Below, one piece after another: positions 13,893-26,810 of a stretch of DNA of 64,000 bases. A model generated the notes under the pieces. It was given only the letters and a program-made list of their open reading frames with translations. It was not told the origin of the DNA and made no database searches. This DNA comes from Eledone cirrhosa (taxonomy: Eukaryota), in NCBI GenBank assembly GCA_964016885.1, contig OZ024750.1, positions 24,800,001-24,864,000 on the forward strand. Reading direction: 5' to 3'. Every line of letters starts with the position of its first letter. Positions within the stretch are counted from its first letter, which is position 1. Both the position numbers and the translations under genes were made by a program.

Positions 13893-14707
13893 TGCATACA
13901 TTCAAGTCAGGTCTTCAGTTTGAATATACCTTCCTCTGTAACTCCTTTCCATAATCTCAGAGACCTTGAAATGGATTAAGGGGACTGCTCCTCTCCCCAC
14001 CATCTCAAAGACCCCGAAAAGGGTGATGGGAATTGCTGTTCCCTCTCAGACTAAACAGTTAAAAAAATACTGCAACAAAAGCATAGAAAACTAGAACCTG
14101 TATATAAATGTAAACAATATTTCTACATTTTATCATAGTATTTGAGGTAATGTTTCTAATAATTGTAGCAATAGTTGTGGTATTCTTGGTGGTACTTATT
14201 ACCAAATCGATATTTGTGATAATAAAAGATGATATTTGCTTATACAATATTGTGAGTATTGACAGTGGAAGTTATATCTGTTTTAGCAATGTGATTGGAA
14301 TAGTTCAAGTAAATTTTTTATGATGTTTGTAGTGGTAATAGGATTTGGACAGTTATTTAAACGAATGATGTTATTTCTATACATGATATTTTTTCATATT
14401 AATATTTATGACTGTCTTTGATACTCCTCTGTTCTACAATCTGGAATAATAGCTGAATAAATTGTGGCAGTTTTATGAAAGTAACAATGGAAGATGTGTA
14501 GGATGGAAGTGTCAAAAAATATTACTTGATATCTTTTTTACACACACACTATTTATATATATATATATATATAAATAGTGTGTGTGTGTGTGTATATATA
14601 TATTTATATATATATATATATATATAGTGTGCATATATATATATAGTGTGTATGTATATGTATAGTGTGTGTATATATATATACACATATGTATATATAT
14701 ATATATA

Positions 14708-14753
<46 letters not shown>

Positions 14754-14847
14754 TATATATATATATATATATATAATACAGTGTGTGTATTATAGTATAG
14801 TGTATATATATTATAGTATAGTGTATATATATATATATATATAGATA

Positions 14848-14917
<70 letters not shown>

Positions 14918-16311
14918 TGTGTAGCAAGACATGGTCACCTGATCTAACTTATCTCACAATGGGACAACTCATTTAACCCAGGCTAGCATGGAAAATATAT
15001 GTTAAACAGGGATAATGATATATATATATATATTTACTAAAATAACATAAATACATAAGAACCAGGGTTCTTATATATTTATAAGATAATGTGTTGTTTC
15101 CTTGAGAAAGACACTTTATTTCACATTGCTTCAGTTTACTCAGCTGTAAAGTGGTCGTGGAGGTGCCACGGCAAAAAAGCACCCAGCACTCATTGTAAAT
15201 GAGGTTGGTGTTAGGAAGGGCATCCAGCTGTAGAAATCAAGTCAGAATCAGTTCCCGTCCCACCCTTGCAAGCAGGGAAAAGCGGACGTAAAATGATGAT
15301 GATATATATATATCACCCATGTTAGTGTGGAAAAATGAGCATAAAACAGTAATGATGATATGTATATATATTTATGTATACATATACACACATGTATATA
15401 TCTATATACACACACATTTATGAATATATACACATACATATATACATAAACACACACACACACACACACACATACATATATACATTGCATATTGTAGCTC
15501 TTTACACCACTTGGGGTCTCGGGTTGAAGAGGGCTAAGAAGAGGTGGGGGAGTGATATTCAAGGCAAGAAGATCTCTTTGACTCTCCTATGTTTTGATTC
15601 CTCACATTTCTCTTGTGTTGTAGTCCTTATTTCTTTACCTACTGTGTTGACAAGAGATAACAGAAAATACCTTTGATGTGACACAAACTTCAGAGGCTAA
15701 CATTTTGTTGTGTCATCAACCTTTTCAACTAAGGGGTTGACACTTGATTGTGTCTTCAAAATTCAATAACTACACCTGAATGCCTTTGTATATTTGATTG
15801 TTGGTATATTTTTATGGTACATTGTCTTGAATATAGGACCAATTCTTCTGTGTATGTCAATGTTTTTAGGTGCAAAAAATTCTGTATACATGTACATGTA
15901 CATATAAGTGAATGTCTGTGTGGTTGTTGATATATGTTTATGGTACATGTAGATTCATACGTGTTTCTGTGTTGAAATATTAATAATTATTTATACATAA
16001 TAGTTGATTGCAAGATCCCAGACCTCATTTACTTAATGAGTGGGGTGGAGCTCCTCAAATTAGACTGAGGGAACAATGTTTTCATTGGTCTTTCCGATTG
16101 CTAATACTATCTGCCGGTCGCAAATCCAGGCAGAAGGAGTAATGTGAAATAAAGTGTCTTGCTCAAGGACATAACGCATTTCCCAGTCCAGGAATTGAAC
16201 TCACAACTTCACGATTCATCATCATCATCATCATCACCACCGTTTTACATCCATTCTTCCACACTAGCATGGCGTATCAAATTCTCTAACCACCCAGCTA
16301 CATATATATAT

Positions 16312-16358
<47 letters not shown>

Positions 16359-16419
16359 GATGTATAACTGTATGCATATATATATATATATATATATATA
16401 CACATGTATATCTTTATTT

Positions 16420-16700
16420 AGGCCGCAGCCTGTCCTAAACAAATGAGGTCGTGTAGGTGTCACGACAAAAAAACACACAGTCCACGCTGTAATGTGGCCG
16501 TGTAGGTAACACGGTAAAAACCTCCCAGTCCACACTGTAAACGTGGTTGGTGTTAGGAAGGGCATCCAGCCGTAGAAAACCCGACAGACAGTCCTGAGCA
16601 AGACAACCAATCTTGCCTCAAGTGGGACAATTCCCGTCCAGACCCATGCCAGCATGGAAGATGGACGTTAAACGGTGATGATGATGATGATGATGATGAT
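16420..16700 (+). mobile_element. Dispersed short retroelement with (GAT)n tail (RTE-associated SINE-like, family 3)
   Basis: ggttggtgttaggaagggcatccagccgtagaaaacc...cccatgccagcatggaagatggacgttaaacg(gat)n. Other copies at about 4440-4505, 9548-9710, 15170-15300, 21275-21560, 21820-21970, 25300-25470, 37520-37635 and 62800-62840. Confidence 0.7.
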
Positions 16701-17308
16701 ATATATATTGTGTTTGTAGACATACGTAAATATAGAAGACATAACATTGTTGTGATGTGAAGTCACTAGAAAATAGTGACATTGAGCTTGCTTTGGAAAT
16801 ATGGAACAATTACTGGGAAATCACGAGATAGATATGTGTTGTGTTTCTGATGTTGTTGTGTTCCCAATGTTGTTGTTATGTTTCTGATGTTTTTTGGAGG
16901 GGTTACATTTTTTTAGATTCTTGTAAGATACTGTTCTTTCTCCAATCAGCTCTGTGCATCCTTAACTAAAGTAGTGATTTCTAGAAATATTCCAATGTTG
17001 ATGGCTAACTCCATTGTCTGATTTAAGTTAAGCTGTTCAATAAAACAGAAATTTCAAACAAAGAATATTCATTGAAAAAAAAACATCAATGTAGCACTAA
17101 ACATCCTATTTTTTGTAATTCAAATATTTCTGCATTCATTATCTTTAACGTGATTCAAGACTCAACAATGACTCTCATGAAAGTTGATGTGAATAACCTT
17201 GGTGTGTATTAGATAAAGATTTCTCAATGTCAATAAATCGTTTTAAGATATAATATTATGTATATATGCATATATGGGGATGGATAGGTAGGTGCATGTA
17301 TGTGGGTG

Positions 17309-17339
<31 letters not shown>

Positions 17340-17396
17340 ATATATATATATATATATCATCGTCATCATCATCATCGATTAACGTCCATCTTCCAC

Positions 17397-17430
<34 letters not shown>

Positions 17431-17470
17431 TTTTTATATTTGAAAACGAAGTTCTTTATATATATCTATT

Positions 17471-17536
<66 letters not shown>

Positions 17537-17719
17537 TTTAACACTTGATTAGTAGGAAAAGAATTTGAACAGTTATTTCATCAGAAGACAGAATGAGAGA
17601 GAGAGAGAGAACTTTTGAAACAAGAAGAAATAAGAAGGAAAAAAAAAACAGAATAAAGTTACATAGGAGATAAAGCAAATATATATATGTGTGTGTGTGT
17701 GTGTGTGTATATAATAATA

Positions 17720-17935
17720 ATGGTTTCTTATTTAGGCACAAGGCCAGCAAATTTGGGGGAGGGGAAAAGTCGATTAAATCAATCCCAGTGCATTACTGGT
17801 ACTTTATTTTTATCGACCTCGTAAGGATGAAAGGCAAAGTTAACCTCGGCAGGATTTGAACTCAGATCATAAAGGGCCATAACTCTATGCTGCAAAGCGC
17901 GTCCGACCCTCTACCGATACTGCCAATCCACTTTC
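17720..17935 (-). mobile_element. tRNA-derived SINE family 1, full length
   Basis: A/B boxes and conserved body. Further full or partial copies at about 205-310, 1600-1740, 2030-2175, 27805-28385, 28650-28820, 31270-31500, 35953-36395, 38485-38655, 46945-47160, 49345-49435, 50765-50890 and 55770-55870. Confidence 0.85.
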
Positions 17936-17938
17936 CCC

Positions 17939-17991
<53 letters not shown>

Positions 17992-18024
17992 GGATGAGGT
18001 GTTAAATCTTCATTACATTTATTG

Positions 18025-18115
18025 AGATGTGACACACATTTTGCTATTGATCAGCTCAAGGTTCAATCTTTATCAATCGGCCCCAGCTCTGGAATCAAAA
18101 GCTCACCAGGTTCCT
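18025..18115 (-). pseudogene. Decayed copy of the long-stem-II hammerhead element (family C)
   Basis: Aligns to 49478-49568. The core is mutated (CTGGTGA, AAAAT) and several CpGs have changed to CpA or TpG. Confidence 0.6.
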
Positions 18116-18652
18116 GTAATGGTAATGACAGAATGGTCTATATAAACAACAAAAGGCCAGATTAGAAACATTCTTTAAAATTTTAATGGCCCAGATTTAT
18201 CATCTAATCATGATACAAGACTTAGGAGATTTCATCAGGTGTTGATTGCAAAATTAGTTATATAAAATAACAGGATTACTGCAAATACAGAGCAAAGGAT
18301 AGATTTGGTTCAGAGATGGTTCAACAATTTGGTGCTATTGTAATGGCAAACCAACCTTAAGATATATATATATATGCGGGCATCAATAGGTATTTAAGTA
18401 TGTATATAAACCTGCTTTTTTTCTTCGTTTTTGTACTGATTGTATATTTCTAAAAATAGTTTTTTCAAAGAACTTCGGTTCCCTAAAAATCTATCAGCCG
18501 ATGACCTCTACCCTTCCTTAAAATCACCACGTTCCCCAACCACCAGTAAACATATAAATACCACCACATTATAACGCAAGTCGGCTTTTCCTGATGACTT
18601 CCTTTGACTGAAACAGTTCTAGTCCTGTAGAAGCCATTTCTATATAAAATTT

Positions 18653-18711
<59 letters not shown>

Positions 18712-18827
18712 TATATGTATATATATGTATATATATATGTATATATATATGTATATATATATGTATATATATATATGTATATATATATACATATATATAT
18801 GTATATATATGTATATATATAGATGTG

Positions 18828-18876
<49 letters not shown>

Positions 18877-18982
18877 ACATATATATATATATACATATAT
18901 ATATATACATATATATACATATATATATATACATATATATACATATATATATATACATATATATATATACATATATATACAC

Positions 18983-19015
<33 letters not shown>

Positions 19016-19159
19016 CATATATATACATATATATACATATATATATATACATATATATATACATATATATATACATATATATATATACATATATATACAT
19101 ATATATATATACATATATATATACATATATATATACATATATATATATACATATATATA

Positions 19160-19730
19160 TGGTGGCTGCCAACTCGTTTTCGAGTACGGCCACTACTTTA
19201 TATCCATGTAGGAGAACTCCTACCAATGCGCTGAACGAGTGACATTTTAGTCCAGCCAGCAACTTGAAAACTCTGGTACAAACACTACACCTGTGACAAT
19301 TATTGACACATAGTGCTGGGCCCATGGTACCATGTGACGACAAGTGCAGAGAGATATCCAGATATAAAGCAATGCCTGTGCCGTGAAGCTTTTATAGTGA
19401 GCAAAGGCACTGCACAAAGCCAGTCCCACTCTCTTAACTAAGATGATATTTACCAAAAAGAAGAACAAGTCAACATCATTGGATACCATCAGGGTTGCAG
19501 GTGTTATATCAGAGTTTTCCTTCTCCTAGAATTCTGCCTTGACAAAGGCTAAGGGGTCATCTCTCCCGGTGATTTTGGATGGCCATTGACTCTTAAGAGC
19601 TCCTTTGCCCTTTGACAGGTTTTGTTTTTAGTCCTGCAGGATGTCCAAAGTCACCCTCCTCACCAAGAAACCTTGGTGGGGTTGCCAGTTTAGTCGCCAA
19701 CGACCCGACCATGGGACAGGTTGTACTGGG
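19160..19730 (-). mobile_element. Internally deleted (non-autonomous) RTE/BovB-like element
   Basis: A 5'-UTR-like segment (ggagaaggaaaactctga) is joined to a 3' end encoding [17 protein letters not shown] (C2H2-like), ending in (TA)n. Near-identical to 56938-57340. Confidence 0.6.
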
Positions 19731-20456
19731 ATACATATATATATATACATATATATATATACATATATATATATACATATATATATACATATATATATAT
19801 ACATATATATATACATATATATACACATCTATATATATACATATATATACATATATATATATATACATATATATATATACATATATATACATATATATAT
19901 ACATATATATACATATATATATACATATATATATATATACATATAATAAAATTAGTCCTTCATCAGTGATCTTCCAACCTTCATTGGTATTTCATCGCTT
20001 TAAAAATCATATACCTCTAGTTGGTGCGAGCAATAACTAAATAAAGTTATTGGGACAAGTGAAATAGCGTGAAGCGAGCGAGACATGTAAACAAACAAAG
20101 ATGGTATGGCAACGGGAAGATAGGAAGAGAGATGTACATGATATCTATAAGCTTAAGCTTGGTGAAGTCATGGACGAGAGATACAGACCATCCGACTTGG
20201 GTGAGATGTGAGCGAGAAAAGGATTTCACACAGGTCAAATGGGAGGAAGTGAGAGAGGGGGAGAAGCAGAGAGTGAGTGAGTGGAAATGTGAGGAAGAGG
20301 CCAGCTGAGAGAGAGAGTGTGACAGACAGAGGGGGTAAAAAGAAGGTGAGAGATACAGAGAGAGGGGGAAGCAGTAAGAAAGAAACAGACAATCGCAGCT
20401 GAGGAATACATATATATATATATATACACATACATATATATATATACACACACATA

Positions 20457-20564
<108 letters not shown>

Positions 20565-20778
20565 CACATATATATATATACACATATATATATACATATA
20601 TATACATATATATATATATATACATATATATACATATATCTATATATACATACATATATATACATATATCTATATATACATATATACATGTATCTATATA
20701 TACATATATATACATATATATATATATACATACAACTATATATACATATATCTATGTGTACATATATATATACATACG

Positions 20779-20870
<92 letters not shown>

Positions 20871-21713
20871 ATAACAAAAAGTGCTTGCGTGTTTGAGCAG
20901 ACATGTTCATTTCTTGTCTGGAATTAATAGATTTTGTAAATCCTGTCATTATTGTATGTTCAATGTTGTTCATGTGATTCTGAAGTTGATTTTTGTATAT
21001 TTGATCTTGCTTGGCTTATGGGAAACATATTTATTTTGCTTTGATGTATTCATATAGCTTTGCTTTTATGTGTTTATACAAATACTCTAGCATACACACA
21101 CACATATATATAAGGGATTATGTAATCATACAGGTGCAAGTTACAAAGATTCTTAATTCTGTTGAATAGAATGAAATGACATTCCAAATTGAGTTTCTGT
21201 GAGTTTCTATTTGGACTATTTTATTCCTTACAGAACAGCAACTCATGCAGACAACCATAGATATATATACAATATCATCATCATCATCATCATCATCATC
21301 ATCGTTTAACGTCCATCTTCCACGCTTGCATGGGTTTGGACAGGAATTTTCCCACTTGAGGCAAGATTTGTTGTCCTGCTCGTATAGGACTGTCTGGCGG
21401 GTTTTCTACGGCGGGATGCCCTTCCTAACACCAACCACGTTTACAGTGTGGACTGGGAGGTTTTTACCGTGTTACCTACACGGCCACATTACAGCGTGGA
21501 CTGTGTGTTTTTTTTTGTCGTGACACCTACACGACCTCATTTGTTTCGGACTGGATGTTGTGGTACCAACATAACTTCACATTTAAGGGGGGGGGGGGTG
21601 TGGATGGGGGGGGGGGTAGTGAGACGTGGGCGGGGGAGGGGGTATTTTGTTAGAGGTGACTACTGACTGTAGGTTTCGCTTTGTACTTAGGCAAGGCGGC
21701 GGGTCTTCTGTAT

Positions 21714-21756
<43 letters not shown>

Positions 21757-22958
21757 TGCTATTTTTCGTTAAAAATATTTTTTTTGATTCCTCCCTGTCC
21801 GTCACTTCAATCTTTGGTTGGTATTTAGGAAGGGCATCCAGCCATAGAAAACCTGCCAGAGACACTTCCGTATGAGCGAGACACGGTCTCCTGACCAATC
21901 CTGCATCAAATGGAACAAAACCGTTTAGCCCATGCTAACGTGGAAGATGGACGTTAAACGATGATGATCATACACACAGACAGACGAGAGTTAGGAGCTC
22001 ACGGTCAAATATTTTTTTCCTATATATACCAACTCTGCTTCTCATTATGCTTGAGTACTAATGGTTTGAGATCAGCAGATGGGTGGGTGTATATGATGAT
22101 GATGGTTTGAGATGGGGGGTATGACAATGAGGATACATAGAAACTTCCTCTGTCAAATAGATTAACATTCCATATTATATTGTTGTTGTTGCTATCAAGC
22201 CTATTTGTAGGGTCAATGTAATAATAACTCCATACTTAGTGTAAAAGTTGAGGAAAAGAGAAACATTTGGATATTATTAATTCAGTGTTTCTAAGTGGTT
22301 TGGGGAATAATTCAATAAGAGTTGGTCCAATAAGAGTTGGTTCAATAAGTTGTGTGAATTGGTGTGGGATTAGATCAATAGATAATGGAATATTTATTTC
22401 AAATACACAATATAAACAAACTATACATAATGTATCTCAGCTATGCCCCATGAGCAAGATGGTAAATGCAGTGCTCTGAAGAACAGACAGAGATATTGCC
22501 GTAACAACCATTCTCCTTGTGGAATTCTTTCCTCAAATGTGATAACCTAATCCAAATTTGGTGGAAGAAAGTCATAATCATGGAATTGAGGATACTGAAA
22601 ATATGGATAACAACTGGCATGAAATGGAATCTATACATTAATGACTTCTACCGTGGGCAGCAATGCCAGGTTTTATGGACAATACAAGGTTCGACTTCCA
22701 TTGTGGGCAGCAATGCCAGGTTTTATGAACAATACAAGGTTGACTTCCAATGTGGACAGCAATGACTTCCACTGTGGGTAGCAATACCAGGTTTTATGGA
22801 CAAAGTAACAAGGTTGAGACTAATTGTGTAATGAGTTATTTCCAAAATAAAACTGTTGTTTTTAAAGATTACTTGACAAGAAAGAAAAACCCAATGACCG
22901 AAGTAAGATAGGGAGCTCATTGTTTTACGCCCTACATCATTTATAGTTTTTATTTTAA

Positions 22959-23179
22959 CCCTTTAACATTTACATTACTCTATATTTACTATTGTATTTC
23001 CATGGTAAAGGCTTTATTTTACATAATTATCTCACATAATATCGAATCTACGAGATTTTGATGTTATTTATTTTGAGAACAATACCTTTACATCAGTATG
23101 CGTGACCAGTTACAGCCAGTTTGAGTAGATGGACGTGAGAAAATTCTGGCCTGATATGACCAGTTTAAATGTTAAAGGG
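22959..23179. mobile_element. piggyBac-type MITE
   Basis: TIRs ccctttaacattt / aaatgttaaaggg flanked by TTAA (22955-22958 and 23180-23183). Related copies at 11783 and about 35530-35735. Confidence 0.85.
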
Positions 23180-23441
23180 TTAAAGTATAATATACAAACC
23201 AACATGCAACAAAGCTTCAACATCTATAAAACCTCAATTTTAATCAAATCAAGTACTAAACCAAAAATGTTGTATATAAAATGGAATTGTAACTTATGTA
23301 CTAGTCAAAGTTTTACACAAATACATACAGTACTTATTAAAAGGCAATATAAACCAAATGTTAAATATATTTTTGTTGTTTTTTTTATCGTTCTGTTTGA
23401 TATTTATGTTATTGTTATTTTTCCTATTTTATCTTTTTCAG

Positions 23442-23588
23442 GTCTCTGCATCCAATGTTACAACTGTAACTCATCACCTTTCCAAAGTGGAAAATATTGT
23501 GTTTCTCTACCAGATAAAGAAACGTTTGAAATTAACTGTGATTTATTCAAAAAAAATTATACACGATGCCGTAAAGTGGTTCAAAATG
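23442..23588 (+). CDS. Ly6/uPAR (three-finger) GPI-anchored protein, crooked/quiver-like; internal exon
   Basis: Acceptor atctttttcag|, donor |gtaggt, phase 1-1, 147 nt. Encodes (G)LCIQCYNCNSSPFQSGKYCVSLPDKETFEINCDLFKKNYTRCRKVVQN with CYxCxS start and CRK motif. Confidence 0.92.
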
Positions 23589-24183
23589 GTAGGTGGGAAC
23601 TTATTTGCTTTCTATTTTCACATTGAGAGATTTATCATCAAGGAAATTTGAATATACCATACAGAAAGATTGTATAAATATCAATACAACATGCTAGGTA
23701 TATACTTTCCCAGGCCATTTACACTGAAGCTTATATGTCTTTGCCATCTGAGAAATATTGTTGTCATATACCACAAGTAATATCAAACAGGTGATATCAA
23801 AGGAACAGTTTTCAATGGTTTGTAGATTAAATGTTCACTACAAATATTTATGTATTCATTTATCATTCTTTTACTGGTTTTAGTCATTAGATTGTGACCA
23901 TACTGGAATTTCAAGGGATTTAGTCAATCACATCAGCCCCTGTACTTATTTTTTCAAGTCTAGAACTTATCAATCTCTATTTGTTGAGCTTTTATGTTAC
24001 ATAACCATAGCCATGCAAAAACAGACACACACACACACACACATTTATATGTATGTTGTCCAGTAATTTTATTGATTACAGGATGTTGCACCAGTATCAG
24101 CATGCAATGCTATAGCAGATTGTATATATTATGCATATATGAGGAACTAATTTTCATTGTAAAGTGTTTTTATTGGTTATTGA

Positions 24184-24268
24184 ACATTACATATGTTTCA
24201 CTGATTATTAACTCTAGGACTACCGATATGATAGATCTGACTCTAGCATTGATATGTTCGTCAGACAT
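24184..24268 (-). ncRNA. Type I hammerhead-like motif with long imperfect stem II (antisense, intronic)
   Basis: Minus strand: atgt CTGACGA ac...gt GAA ACATATGT A^ atgt. Palindromic stem III, GUA triplet, only a 4-bp stem I and an imperfect stem II. Confidence 0.55.
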
Positions 24269-24375
24269 GTGTACTCAAAAAAACATTTTCTTTGATAAAG
24301 TCCTAATGTCAATCATCTGAAATATATGTAACATTCAATATCCAGTAAACACATTTTAAAATGAAACTTAGTTCA

Positions 24376-24434
<59 letters not shown>

Positions 24435-24588
24435 TTGTAGTGGTACCAAAATGAGCACTTGATGTGCAGGCAGAGTGTATATATTAAGAAAAACAAAGAA
24501 GTCTCATTTATGTGCAGTTAGTTTTTTTATTGTGTATCAATAAAAAACAAACTAACAAACTATATGTAAACCAAACTTCAGTTTTCTC

Positions 24589-24665
<77 letters not shown>

Positions 24666-25454
24666 TAAGAAAATTAGCAAAGAGAGGACAAGACAATGAA
24701 TGAAAAACAATTTTTTAAGGGTAAACCATAAAATTTATTTTAAAAAAATAAAAATACAAATGAAGGACACGGAACTTCAGGGTCATCGGCTGTTGAGGTG
24801 GACTTTGGCAATTTCGACCCCTACCAATGGTACTGCAACCCCACCCGAGGTCACAGTGTCTGACACGAGCCAAATGCTGTCCAGTGGAGTAAGAGACAAG
24901 AGACAAAACATTAATTTATAGCAATTATGCTACAACACATATAATGGGCTTCTATACAGTTTCCAGCTACCATTTGAAACAGTCTATTAATGGAATTGTA
25001 AAATCCTGTAAAACATTTCAGAAATTTAGCATGTATTAACTTCATGTACACATATATAGATACAGAACAGAAACATATGCATGTGAACACTTATAACTCA
25101 AAATATACAGATCTGCACTTCCACACAAACACACACACACACATGTATTTACCTAGTTGTTGTTGTCTCAATTCCAATGAGTCTTGTTTCAATATTAGAA
25201 ACCAGCTCTCTCTATAGGTAAAAATTTATAAAAATAAAAAAAAACAAGAACATACACACTTACTGTTTGTGTGTATACATTTGTATATCTTCTCTATCAT
25301 CATTGTCATCATTTAACGTCCATTTTCCAAATTAGCATGGGATAGACGGTCATCTCATTTGAGGTAAGTTGGGTCAGGTGACCGTATCTTTCTTATATAG
25401 GACTGTTTCTGGCTAGGCTTCTATGACTGGATGCCCTTCTTAATGCCAACCACT

Positions 25455-25955
25455 TTTACAGTGAGTACTGGGTGCTTTTTGTCGTGACACCTACATGGCC
25501 ACTTTACAGTGTGGGCTGGGTGCATTTTGTCATGACACCTACTCGACCACTTTACAGTGTGGGCTGGGTGCTTTTTTGTCATGACACCTACTCGACCATT
25601 TTACAGTGTGGGCTGGGTGCTTTTTGTCATGACACCTACTCGACCACTTTACAGTGTGGGCTGGGTGTTTTTTGTCATGACATCTACTCAACCACTTTAC
25701 AGTGTGGGCTGGGTGCTTTTTGTCATGACATCTACTCAACCACTTTACAGTGTGGGCTGGGTGCTTTTTTGTCATGACATCTACTCGACCACTTTACAGT
25801 ATGGACTGGGTGCTTTTTGTCATGACACCTACACGACCACTTTACAGTGTGGGGTGAGTGTTTTTGTCATGACACCTACACAACCATTTTACAGTGTGGG
25901 CTGGGTGCTTTTTGTCATGACACCTACACAACCCCTTTACAGTGTGGGCTGGATA
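25455..25955. repeat. 48-bp minisatellite amplified from an internal segment of a family-3 element
   Basis: Unit gtgtgggctgggtgctttttgtcatgacacctactcgaccactttaca, continuous with the element starting at about 25300. Confidence 0.9.
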
Positions 25956-26129
25956 TATTTTGTTCACAGTGTAAGGGTGATTGAAGTAATATTTAAAAAT
26001 CTTTCTTTGAACTTGAATGTATATTAATATGTGTAAAATTATATTGAGAGAGAGTAAAAATGTGAAATTATATTGTTAAAGGAATAATTTTTTTTATTAC
26101 GACATCTTAGTTTGTTCCTTGTTTTGCAG

Positions 26130-26356
26130 TTGATGATAATGTTCGGATAATTCGACAGTGTGCTACATCAGATGGCAAGCTTGGTTGCGAAAGACGGGTT
26201 GGAACGAAAAACATCAAGATGAAATACTGTCTCTGTGACAAAGACAGATGTAATTCTGCGCCAATCTCAACAACTTCTACTATCTCAAAGTTCCTGCTAT
26301 ATGGATTTGCCAGCATGGTACTAGTCATCACTAGAACAATGCATAATGTCTTTTGA
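26130..26356 (+). CDS. Ly6/uPAR protein, terminal coding exon with CxC...CN motif and GPI-signal-like tail
   Basis: Acceptor gttttgcag|, phase 1. Encodes (V)DDNVRIIRQCATSDGKLGCERRVGTKNIKMKYCLCDKDRCNSAPISTTSTISKFLLYGFASMVLVITRTMHNVF*. With the previous exon this gives 10 domain cysteines, then a Ser/Thr spacer and a hydrophobic C-terminus. Confidence 0.92.
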
Positions 26357-26773
26357 AAGATTCTTACAAGGCATTCTTAATAACACAACCAAATGTTACA
26401 TACTGAGAATGGTAATGTTGGAGTATGATTAAAAATATGTTTCATCAAAAATGGAAAGAAAAGGAAAAAAAAAAGAAAAAGCCAAAGATTTTATTATTAT
26501 TATTATTATTATTATGAATAAATGTAAACGAGAATCAGAATGAAAAATGTAATTAATTTTTTGTGTTTTTTTAATTTTTTTCCTTTTTGTTATTTTTTGT
26601 CGTCTGTTTACTATATTGTTGTCTGTATATACTGAAGTATGCATACATAAATACAATTTTATATTCCTTATATATATATATATATATTTATATATAAAAA
26701 AATATATATATATATAGATATATATATATATACATATATATATGTATGTATACATATATATATACATACATAC

Positions 26774-26810
<37 letters not shown>

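Noticed and set aside
23129-23441. 5' part of the 165-aa ORF 23129-23626
   Set aside because: It starts inside a piggyBac MITE and reads through intron and polypyrimidine tract. Only 23442-23588 is exon.
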